Part shown: piece by piece, positions 16,110 to 24,560 of the stretch
Numbering within the stretch: the stretch's first letter is position 1
Layout of the letters: each line of letters starts with the position of its first letter
IMG/VR virus record: IMGVR_UViG_3300042868_012556
Span: 1 to 28,799 of that record
Reading direction: 5' to 3' (one strand)
From: a virus
Taxonomy: Duplodnaviria > Caudoviricetes
DNA: 28,799 nt
The notes under the pieces: model-generated
What the model was told of the DNA's origin: nothing
Databases searched by the model: none
The model's input: only the letters and a program-made list of their open reading frames with translations
Translations under genes and position numbers: made by a program

Positions 16110-17312
16110 ATGCCCCATTCGATTGAGACTCTTGCAAGCACTCGTCGTAAGACGAAGGAAACGATCCGTGTTGAATCATTGGTTCCAAGCCAATTGCGTT
16201 CTTCTTCGACGGCTTTAATCGGTCTCCTTAAAGATTATTACAGTCACCTAAATGAAATTGGGCAGACAAGCTATGAATTAAATTCAATCAACAATTCAAG
16301 AGATATTGACCTTGCAGAAAATAAGTACATTGATCTAATCCAAAAGGAAATTGCCGCATCAATTCCCAAAACTCTCCAGAATCAGATTCTTGATAAAGTA
16401 AAGCTGTACAAGAACCTAATGCAATACTATTCGGTGCGCGGTTCCAGCGATTCTATTGTTTTGTTTTTTAAGATTCTGTTTGACGATACTGCGGAAGTCT
16501 ATTATCCCAAAAATGATATGCTGATTCCTTCATCGGGAACATGGGATAGAAATGGTCGTCGTCCGATTTATGATCAACTGGGAAATCGTCTTTATGATTC
16601 GGCAGGTAACCCACTTTTTGAACCAGGCATCTATACCAGCAATAAGGGTTTCCTTTCGGATACAATAAAAATTCAGGACTCATACTTTTATCAACAGTTT
16701 TCATACGTTATCCGCACCGGCAATAATGTCGATGCATGGAGTAATCCATTCAATAAGTTGGTTCACCCGGCTGGTTTCATCTTTTTTGGTGAAATTGTAA
16801 TTTATCTTGATAATTCCAATTTCTTCACTGATCTTGATATTGATAATGTGGATAAAGACGATCGCCGTATTTTTAGTTCCATGCGGCGTCTCCAGCCCGG
16901 TCTCATCGGAGATGAAGACCTTCCGGTCAATGTTTTTGTTGGTATGCCTGATACACAGGCACTTATTTCATTTCCTAAAAAGTATCGTTTAGATGAAATA
17001 ATACCGCCGGGCGCGGAACCATACCTCCGTACGGCCTTTACAACGGCTGGCAAGTTTACTAACATTAAATTTCAGGTCACCGCAGGATATGTCGGTACAG
17101 AATTTACTGTTCTTATCGACCAGATTCCTATCAAAGCAACCAATTCGGAGCATCGTACCATGCTCAAGACTCGTTATAATTCAATCGCACATTTTTTTGA
17201 TCCAGGTACATCAATGTATTCTTACGCAAATTATACCGTCCAGGACACTATAAATAACGTTGTCCCTTGGAATAACGTCGGCTCCGAGATAACCATCTCT
17301 TCAATACCTTAA
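16110..17312 (+). CDS. gp7: Baseplate wedge initiator (short gp7-like), 400 aa
   Basis: Lies between gp6 and gp8. LK.YY..L, K.....Y..RGS..S...FF.ILF, YP.......S.G.W, and G.LS....IQDS.FYQ.FSYVI.......W......LVHPAG...FGE. Confidence 0.8.
   Translation: MPHSIETLASTRRKTKETIRVESLVPSQLRSSSTALIGLLKDYYSHLNEIGQTSYELNSINNSRDIDLAENKYIDLIQKEIAASIPKTLQNQILDKVKLYKNLMQYYSVRGSSDSIVLFFKILFDDTAEVYYPKNDMLIPSSGTWDRNGRRPIYDQLGNRLYDSAGNPLFEPGIYTSNKGFLSDTIKIQDSYFYQQFSYVIRTGNNVDAWSNPFNKLVHPAGFIFFGEIVIYLDNSNFFTDLDIDNVDKDDRRIFSSMRRLQPGLIGDEDLPVNVFVGMPDTQALISFPKKYRLDEIIPPGAEPYLRTAFTTAGKFTNIKFQVTAGYVGTEFTVLIDQIPIKATNSEHRTMLKTRYNSIAHFFDPGTSMYSYANYTVQDTINNVVPWNNVGSEITISSIP
17249..17256 (+). promoter_or_regulatory. T4-type late promoter embedded in the gp7 3' end, upstream of gp8
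   Basis: Exact TATAAATA 70 nt before the gp8 ATG. Confidence 0.65.
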
Positions 17313-17326
17313 GATAAATTTCTAAT

Positions 17327-18724
17327 ATGGCAGCAATCATCACATCAAACTTTCGCACGGAAAATGCCAACAACTTCCGTGATTCAATTATCGATACTGA
17401 CAACAGCGTGTATCTCTTTATTGGCAAATCCGATGCTTGGTCCGACGTCATTACCGACAATACCGATACCGAGGCTCCGAATCCGGTAGACGTTGTTGTT
17501 GATGTTAATGATGCGTGGCAGAATGCGATTGCGCTGAAGCGCGCTTCGGCGTCCGATGTCATAAATATAATTCCACGTCACGACTGGATTTCAGGTAGTG
17601 TTTATGCTGCTTGGGATGATGCAGATGACAATATATTCTCGGATAACTTCTATATAATTACCGATGAATTTAAGGTTTACAAATGTATTAAAGCACCGGC
17701 CACTGGCTTGGGTTCTACAGTAAAACCAACGCAGACCAACATAAATCCAACGGCCGAAGCCGATGGCTATATCTGGAAGTATATGTTTACCGTATTCACT
17801 ACGGAAGCAACAAAGTTCCTCACAAACTTCTATATCCCTGTAAAAACGGTAAAAATTCCAACGGGCGGAGATATAAATGATCTTTCTGCCGATGAACAAG
17901 TTAAATATGAATATCAAAATGATAGTGCCGACCAACTTGGCGGTAAAATCTACCGTTATGTAGTTACTAATGGTGGTTCAAATTACACCGTTGCTCCTAC
18001 TGTCGACGTATTCGGTGATGGTTCCGGTGCAGTTGCCACCGCAGTTATTTCTGCCGGCGAAGTTACCGAAGTAAGAGTAACAGGTACGGGTTCTACTTTC
18101 CAGACAAATGCAGGTTCCGGTTACAAGGTTGCTTATGTCACTCTTACAGGTGGGAATGGTACCGGCGCAACCGCTCGTGCTGTTCTCTCACCTAAGAATG
18201 GGCATGGCACAGATCCGGTTTCCGAACTCGGGGGTTATTACATTGGTCTCCGTATCCGTCTTAGCGGTACCGAAGGTGGAACCGACTTTATCGTAAACAA
18301 TAACTTCCGCCAAATTGGTATTGTCAAGAACCCATATTCTTTTGATACAACCAATATTGCAACCGATACAACTCTTAGCTCATTAAAGGGTCTCCAATTA
18401 ACTTCACACACTGGACTCAGCGTGGGTGATTACATTACCGGGGGCACTTCTGGTGCAGTTGCTTTTATCGACTCCTATGATGCCGAAGAGGGTATTGTCC
18501 TCTATCATCAGAATGATAAGACTGGATATAGATCATTCCAACTAAGTGAAAGTATTGCCGGTTCGCCAGGTACTGGAGGCACAGGGACAATTGCATCAAG
18601 TGCTGGTCTCTTGGATCCGGAAGTCCAACCTTTTACAGGTGAAGTTCTTTTCCTAGAAAACCGTGCGCCAATTAATCGTTCGGCTTCTCAGATTGAAGAC
18701 ATCAAGGTCATCATTGAATTTTAA
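17327..18724 (+). CDS. gp8: Baseplate wedge subunit
   Basis: MAAIIT..FR..NA..F, YLFIG....W, FY..TD...VYKC, DGY.WKYMF, GHG.DP..ELG, FRQIG...NP, and GE....ENR..I.RS..Q.EDIK...EF. Confidence 0.95.
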   Translation: MAAIITSNFRTENANNFRDSIIDTDNSVYLFIGKSDAWSDVITDNTDTEAPNPVDVVVDVNDAWQNAIALKRASASDVINIIPRHDWISGSVYAAWDDADDNIFSDNFYIITDEFKVYKCIKAPATGLGSTVKPTQTNINPTAEADGYIWKYMFTVFTTEATKFLTNFYIPVKTVKIPTGGDINDLSADEQVKYEYQNDSADQLGGKIYRYVVTNGGSNYTVAPTVDVFGDGSGAVATAVISAGEVTEVRVTGTGSTFQTNAGSGYKVAYVTLTGGNGTGATARAVLSPKNGHGTDPVSELGGYYIGLRIRLSGTEGGTDFIVNNNFRQIGIVKNPYSFDTTNIATDTTLSSLKGLQLTSHTGLSVGDYITGGTSGAVAFIDSYDAEEGIVLYHQNDKTGYRSFQLSESIAGSPGTGGTGTIASSAGLLDPEVQPFTGEVLFLENRAPINRSASQIEDIKVIIEF

Positions 18725-18732
18725 TTTTTCAT

Positions 18733-21700
18733 ATGCCACTTAAATACTACGACTCAGCTCCATATTTTGACGATTACGACCAGACAAAGAATTATCAAAG
18801 AATTCTTTTCCGTCCTGGTTATTCAGTTCAGGCCCGTGAGCTAACTCAAATGCAGACTGCGCTTCAGGCGCAGATCGACCGCTTTGGTCGCCACGTATTT
18901 AAGGAAGGCTCTGCCGCCGTTGGTGGTCTTGCTTCTCTTGATGTTAAGTTTGCATATGTAAAACTTGAATCGACCTTTACCTACAACGGTGACTCATATA
19001 CCGCTGACAATTACTACGAAGAACTGGTTGGTACTACTGTTACCGGTGTGACCAGTGGTATTACTGCGACCGTCGTTGATGCAACTGCTCCGACACTCAC
19101 CGATCCGCTTACAATTTTTGTAAAATATACCTCGAGTGCCGATGACAATATACAACAGCTTTTCACTCAGGGTGAAGACCTTCTCTCGGACGGTGACATT
19201 GTTCGCCGTGTTCGTGTAAAACCATACACCGACTTCCCTGTTGGTTATGGTAGCAGAGTTTCGGTAAATGAAGGCGTGTTCTTTGTTTCAGGTAACTTTG
19301 TTTACACACCAGCAGCAACAATTATTCTTGAAAAATATATTGTTGATGCAGACGCTCGGGTTGTTTATACAGTAAGCGAAAACATTGTGACATCGGCCGA
19401 TGATCCAACACTTACCGATAACGCTCTAGGCTACCCAAATGAAGCTGCTCCCGGAGCTCATCGCTATCAGATTGAGCTCACTCTTGCAAAACAACCTATT
19501 GATCTTGCCGATCGTAATGAAGCAGACATCATTCAGCTTCTTTTGATTAAAAAGGGTAAGGTTGCCGCGACGGCGCGAACAGTTTATTCGGAACTTGGAG
19601 ATGTTCTTGCTCAACGTACATATGAAGAATCGGGCAACTACACCGTTCGTCCATTCCAAATTAATATCCGCGAACTTCTGAATGACAATACAAACGGGGG
19701 TCTTTACACCGTTCCTCAGCTTCGCAATGCATACCCAATTACACTTACAAATGATACATTGGCCACAACATACGGCGAAAACCATCTTGCCGTTGGTCTT
19801 GAGCCATCCGTTGCATATGTAAATGGTTATCGTATTCAACTTGAACAGACCGCATATATCGAGGTTGAAAAGGCACGTGATGAAGGCTATTTTAATACCG
19901 CCTCGATCGTATCATCATACGGAAATTATGTTCTTGTGGATACAGTAGTAAGTCTTCCCGACATTAATACATTCGGTAAGATGACCCTTAAGAATGGTGC
20001 CAGTTCTGTTGGTACGGCAAGAGCGCGTGCTTTTGAATACGATTCGGGTACAATCGGTACAAGTGCAGCCAAATACAAACTATATCTATTCGACATTGTA
20101 ATGTCCACCGGTTCATTTGCCGATGTTGATAATGTAAGTCATTCATATGGTTCTGCTGCAGAATTTACAGCCGATCTAATTGATGCAACTCTCTATAATA
20201 CTGGTTCAAATTCTCTCTTATTCCGTCTACCAGTAAATACAGTCCAGTCACTTCGTACTTCCGATGATTTAATTGATACTCTTTATCAGGTAAAAAAGAA
20301 GTATGATAGTCGCCCCCTTGATGGTGCTGGTAAGGTAACAATTCCTACAAGTGCCGATGAAATCTTTGAGAATAATACCGCAAGCGATTGGACTGCAATT
20401 CTTGAATCCACCGGTGCCGTACTTCCTGTTGTATTTGACAGTTTTAGCGCAACATCGGTAACACTTGTTTTTGCAGGTTATACATCAGGACATGTCCATG
20501 TAATTGCTCCGACTCGCCGTAATCTCCGTGAAAAGATCAAAAATCTTCAAACTGATCATCCGGTTCCAATTTCATCTCCAAGCTCAACAATCAGTTTAGG
20601 TGTTACTGATCTTTTTGCAGTAAAAGCTGTATACATGTCGGCAAATTTAACAACCGATGCATCGGCTGATCCGGGCGATGGGAATCCTGACATTAAAGAT
20701 CGATATTATGTCGACAATGGCCAGCGCGATAATTTTTATGATGTTGCTACAATCCAATTAAAACCAAGTGCAGCTGCTCCAACGGGCCGACTCCTTATTG
20801 TGTTGGATTACTTTACTCATCAACCGGGAGATTACTTCTCTGTTGATTCTTACACCGGTCAGGTTGCGTATGATGATATTCCATCGTTCCAATCTTCCAA
20901 GGGTATCGTCCAACTCCGTGACGTAATTGATTTCCGTCCGACAAAGGCAACTTCGGGTGACAATTTTACTGGTACCGGTTCCTCTGTCGTGAGTATGGTT
21001 CGTCCGACCTCAATCATTACAGCCGATATCCAGTATTATCTTCCACGCATTGACAAAATCTTTGTGGACAAGAATGGTAAGTTCGGCGTTGTAAAGGGTA
21101 TTTCTTCCACAAATCCGGTGGCTCCTGAGGATCCAAAGGACGCAATGGTTCTTTATGTAATGCGCCTTGGTGCATATACCTTCAGCGCCGCCGACACGAT
21201 TCCAAACATGATCGACAATAAACGCTACACAATGCGTGATATTGGAAAGATCGAAAAACGTGTCTCGAACCTGGAATACTACACTTCTCTGTCGCTGCTT
21301 GAAAGAGAAACAGCAGGGTCTCAAATTTTTGATGGAGCCAATGTTCGTTACAAGAACGGCTTTGTTGTTGATAGCTTCTATGGTCATAACATTGGTGCAA
21401 TCACGCACCCCGATTATAGCGTCTCGATGGATAAAGAACAGGGTCGTTTACGCCCAATGTTCTTTGAGGATAATACACGGCTCCTTTGGAATGAAAGTGC
21501 ATCAAGCGGTCTCCGTAAAACAGGCTCACTTCTTACACTCAATTATTACCAATCAAGATATATTGAGCAGCCCTATTCATCATACGCGGAATTTGTAAAT
21601 CCATACAATGTATTCAGCTGGACCGGCGACCTTATTCTATCTCCGAATACAGATGAATGGAAAGAAACACTACGAGCCCCCGATGTTATTATCGACCAGA

Positions 21701-24330
21701 CGGGTATTTACGACACTCTGGTTCAAATGCTCGATGCTTCGGGTGCAATTGGTACCGTATGGAACGAATGGAGAACCAATTGGACAGGTTCTACGCAAAA
21801 TGTAGATACTCGAACCACAGTATATGATGCAAGCCCATTGATTACGGTTACTGATACGGCAACAACAATTACTACAACCAACACAACCAATCTATCGCGT
21901 AATGGTGTACGCACTTCTATTGTACCAGATACTGTTACCACAAATATGGGTGACAGAGTGGTCGAAGTCAATTTCGTCCCATTCATTCGCTCGCGTAAGA
22001 TTTACTTTAAAGCAAGCCGGATGAAACCGAATACGAAGGTATATGCCTTTTTCGATAGTATTCCTATGGCCGATTATGTGACTTCCGATACGTTTGTAAA
22101 TTATTCCAGCAGCACCAATTCTTCAAATTATTTTAATGCAACGGGCCATCCGGATGGTAGCTCAAATCTTATCACCGATGCAAACGGAGACCTTCAGGGT
22201 TCATTCGTAATTCCAAACACAAGTGTTCTCAAATTCAAAACGGGTTCTCGCATTTTCCGACTTACGAATAGTTCTACTAATGACCTAAAAGGTACGGAAA
22301 CAAGTGCAGAAACTGTTTATTATGCTCAGGGCATAATGAATACGGTCGAGAACCAGGTCGTGTCAACACGTGTTCCTCAGATTAGTCGCAGCGCCGTTAA
22401 CGACCAGCGTGTTACAGTTGACACACAAAGCAATACTACCGTTAGACAGACTTACGAATGGCACATACCTCTTCCAACTCAGCCTGTTCCGGTACAGACT
22501 CCTCCGGGTAATACCGCAAATCCGACCGTTAATGGTTCCGGTCTTCCTCCAAAAGATGATACTGTTACCGGCAATCCGGATATCGGTACCGGTACGGGAG
22601 CAGTTCCTAATTGGCCAGTTGTCGGTGTTACGGGTCCCGATAATGCTATCCCTAGTCCCACTGCAGATACTTGGCCTTCACCCGATTGGTGGTGGAGACA
22701 GCAGGCTGGGTTCCAGGAACTTTACATTGACCCTCTTGCTCAATCATTTATTATTGATACAGCAGGTGGTATATTCGCAACTTCTTTGGATATTTACTTT
22801 GCACAAAAAGATGATACAGCTCCGGTAACCGTACAAATTCGTACCATGGTAAATGGAGCTCCAACTCAAACGGTTGTGCCGTTCTCTCAAACAGTCAAGA
22901 GCGCAGCCGACATTACCGTTTCTGCCAATGCTTCTATTGCGACAACCTTTACCTTTGAATCACCTGTATATCTAATGCAGGGAGCCGAATATTGTTTTGT
23001 TGTAATGTGTAATTCCGATAAACATAAGATCTATGTTTCGGAACTTGGCGAATATGATATTACAACTCCTTCGTACCGTATTACAAAACAGCCTTACAAT
23101 GGAGTAATGTTTAAATCGGCAAATGCGTCTACCTGGACTCCAGAACAAACCAAGGATATTAAATTTACCCTACGCCGTGCAGCATTTGCTCAGACGGGTA
23201 CCGCAGTGTTTAATAACAGCACCATTCCGGTTCGCGCACTTGATATTGATCCGATTCAAACAACCAATGCTTCCAATATCGTACGTGTCCACCATAAGAA
23301 CCATGGCCACTTTGCCGGTTCATCATTTGTAACTCTTGCAAATGTAACTGCAAATTCTGGTACCGCACTGAATGGTATTCCCGTCACTCAATTAAATACA
23401 ACCCACAGTGTTATATCAGCCGAAATTGATTCATATACAATTCAGGTTGCGGCAAGTGCTACATCAAGCGGTCGGGGCGGAAGCCCCGATCCATTGGGTT
23501 CGGGCACTGGTGCAATTCCAGCAGTCACGGCAACCGAGAATAAAACCTTTAATGTTGTTCACCCTATTGTTCAACAATCACTAATTCCGGCAACTGATAT
23601 TGCATGGGCTGCAAGGGTCACTACCGGTAAGTCACTTGCCGGAAGTGAAACTCCTCACACTGTTTCTGCCTACGTTGACCTTAAAGTGAATGATAATACA
23701 GAATTCACTCGCCCGCAAACAATTGTTTCGGCTCCGAATGTTTCATCTCTATCGACTGGTTCGAACAGCTTTATTCTGAAGGGTGTCATGACAACGGCAA
23801 TTGAAAACATCTCACCCGTAATTGACCTTGACCGTATGTCGGTTGTAACAATTGCAAACCGTATTGACAACCCCATTGGAAGTGCGGCTTCAGGTTACAA
23901 TGTTGTTCATAACTTTGTTGCTGAAACTCAAGCAATCGGTGGATCGGTACTTTCAAAATACATCACTCGTAAGGTTGAACTTAATGAACCTGCAACCGCT
24001 CTGAATATCTTTACTCTGGTCAACAAGCCCTCGGGTACCGGTATCAAGTTGTGGTACAAGGTTCTTGCAAGCGGTGCCGACACGAACTTTGAAACGCTTG
24101 GTTGGACATTAAAAGAACCCGATTCTGCAATTCCAACATCAGACAATCCAAATGACTTTACCGAGGCTCAATATACAATTACCGAAGGACCCTCAGTAGT
24201 CGAGGGAAAAGCAACAGGAAATCTAAATGGTGTTGAATTTACCGCATTTGCCGTAAAGATTACCTTTACTTCGGAGAATTCATCAAGGGTTCCAACCTGC
24301 CGCGACTTCAGAGCCATTGCCATTACTTAA
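18733..24330 (+). CDS. Giant virion structural protein, VrlC / DUF4815-like, 1865 aa
   Basis: PYFDDYD..KNY.RILFRPG.SVQARELTQ.Q..LQ.QI.RFG.H.FKEGS, APGA.R, LA.RTY.ESG.Y.V.PF, D.GQRDNFYD, YYLPRIDK, NKRYTMRDIGK.E.R...LEYYTSLSLLE, DPLAQSF, and terminal P...D.RAIA. Confidence 0.9.
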   Translation: MPLKYYDSAPYFDDYDQTKNYQRILFRPGYSVQARELTQMQTALQAQIDRFGRHVFKEGSAAVGGLASLDVKFAYVKLESTFTYNGDSYTADNYYEELVGTTVTGVTSGITATVVDATAPTLTDPLTIFVKYTSSADDNIQQLFTQGEDLLSDGDIVRRVRVKPYTDFPVGYGSRVSVNEGVFFVSGNFVYTPAATIILEKYIVDADARVVYTVSENIVTSADDPTLTDNALGYPNEAAPGAHRYQIELTLAKQPIDLADRNEADIIQLLLIKKGKVAATARTVYSELGDVLAQRTYEESGNYTVRPFQINIRELLNDNTNGGLYTVPQLRNAYPITLTNDTLATTYGENHLAVGLEPSVAYVNGYRIQLEQTAYIEVEKARDEGYFNTASIVSSYGNYVLVDTVVSLPDINTFGKMTLKNGASSVGTARARAFEYDSGTIGTSAAKYKLYLFDIVMSTGSFADVDNVSHSYGSAAEFTADLIDATLYNTGSNSLLFRLPVNTVQSLRTSDDLIDTLYQVKKKYDSRPLDGAGKVTIPTSADEIFENNTASDWTAILESTGAVLPVVFDSFSATSVTLVFAGYTSGHVHVIAPTRRNLREKIKNLQTDHPVPISSPSSTISLGVTDLFAVKAVYMSANLTTDASADPGDGNPDIKDRYYVDNGQRDNFYDVATIQLKPSAAAPTGRLLIVLDYFTHQPGDYFSVDSYTGQVAYDDIPSFQSSKGIVQLRDVIDFRPTKATSGDNFTGTGSSVVSMVRPTSIITADIQYYLPRIDKIFVDKNGKFGVVKGISSTNPVAPEDPKDAMVLYVMRLGAYTFSAADTIPNMIDNKRYTMRDIGKIEKRVSNLEYYTSLSLLERETAGSQIFDGANVRYKNGFVVDSFYGHNIGAITHPDYSVSMDKEQGRLRPMFFEDNTRLLWNESASSGLRKTGSLLTLNYYQSRYIEQPYSSYAEFVNPYNVFSWTGDLILSPNTDEWKETLRAPDVIIDQTGIYDTLVQMLDASGAIGTVWNEWRTNWTGSTQNVDTRTTVYDASPLITVTDTATTITTTNTTNLSRNGVRTSIVPDTVTTNMGDRVVEVNFVPFIRSRKIYFKASRMKPNTKVYAFFDSIPMADYVTSDTFVNYSSSTNSSNYFNATGHPDGSSNLITDANGDLQGSFVIPNTSVLKFKTGSRIFRLTNSSTNDLKGTETSAETVYYAQGIMNTVENQVVSTRVPQISRSAVNDQRVTVDTQSNTTVRQTYEWHIPLPTQPVPVQTPPGNTANPTVNGSGLPPKDDTVTGNPDIGTGTGAVPNWPVVGVTGPDNAIPSPTADTWPSPDWWWRQQAGFQELYIDPLAQSFIIDTAGGIFATSLDIYFAQKDDTAPVTVQIRTMVNGAPTQTVVPFSQTVKSAADITVSANASIATTFTFESPVYLMQGAEYCFVVMCNSDKHKIYVSELGEYDITTPSYRITKQPYNGVMFKSANASTWTPEQTKDIKFTLRRAAFAQTGTAVFNNSTIPVRALDIDPIQTTNASNIVRVHHKNHGHFAGSSFVTLANVTANSGTALNGIPVTQLNTTHSVISAEIDSYTIQVAASATSSGRGGSPDPLGSGTGAIPAVTATENKTFNVVHPIVQQSLIPATDIAWAARVTTGKSLAGSETPHTVSAYVDLKVNDNTEFTRPQTIVSAPNVSSLSTGSNSFILKGVMTTAIENISPVIDLDRMSVVTIANRIDNPIGSAASGYNVVHNFVAETQAIGGSVLSKYITRKVELNEPATALNIFTLVNKPSGTGIKLWYKVLASGADTNFETLGWTLKEPDSAIPTSDNPNDFTEAQYTITEGPSVVEGKATGNLNGVEFTAFAVKITFTSENSSRVPTCRDFRAIAIT

Positions 24331-24560
24331 TGAGACCAATGATTCGAGCAACGGTTGTGGACAATCCCACCCTAGAACGGGATATGTCCACAAATGCCGT
24401 AATAAATAAGAATAAGAATGAGTATTTTCGTAGACTTCAGGTCAAAAAAGCCAATAAGGTTAAAGACCAGGAACTTGAAACTCTTAAATCCGAAGTATCT
24501 CAATTAAAAGAACTTGTACAATCACTGTTAAACACTTCCCAAAATGGCAACAACCGTTAA
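24330..24560 (+). CDS. Small hypothetical protein typically following VrlC-like genes, with a C-terminal coiled coil
   Basis: V...P.L.RD..TNA.IN followed by LKSEVSQLKELV..LL. TAATG coupling to the upstream gene. Confidence 0.75.
   Translation: MRPMIRATVVDNPTLERDMSTNAVINKNKNEYFRRLQVKKANKVKDQELETLKSEVSQLKELVQSLLNTSQNGNNR
24401..24408 (+). promoter_or_regulatory. Possible late promoter variant (AATAAATA) upstream of the tail fibre gene
   Basis: One mismatch to TATAAATA (fits NATAAATA), about 135 nt before the fibre ATG. It lies in coding sequence and could be chance. Confidence 0.35.

Noticed and set aside
17560-17567. CATAAATA inside gp8
   Set aside because: It is a one-mismatch octamer deep in coding sequence, more than 1 kb from the next start, and is likely chance.
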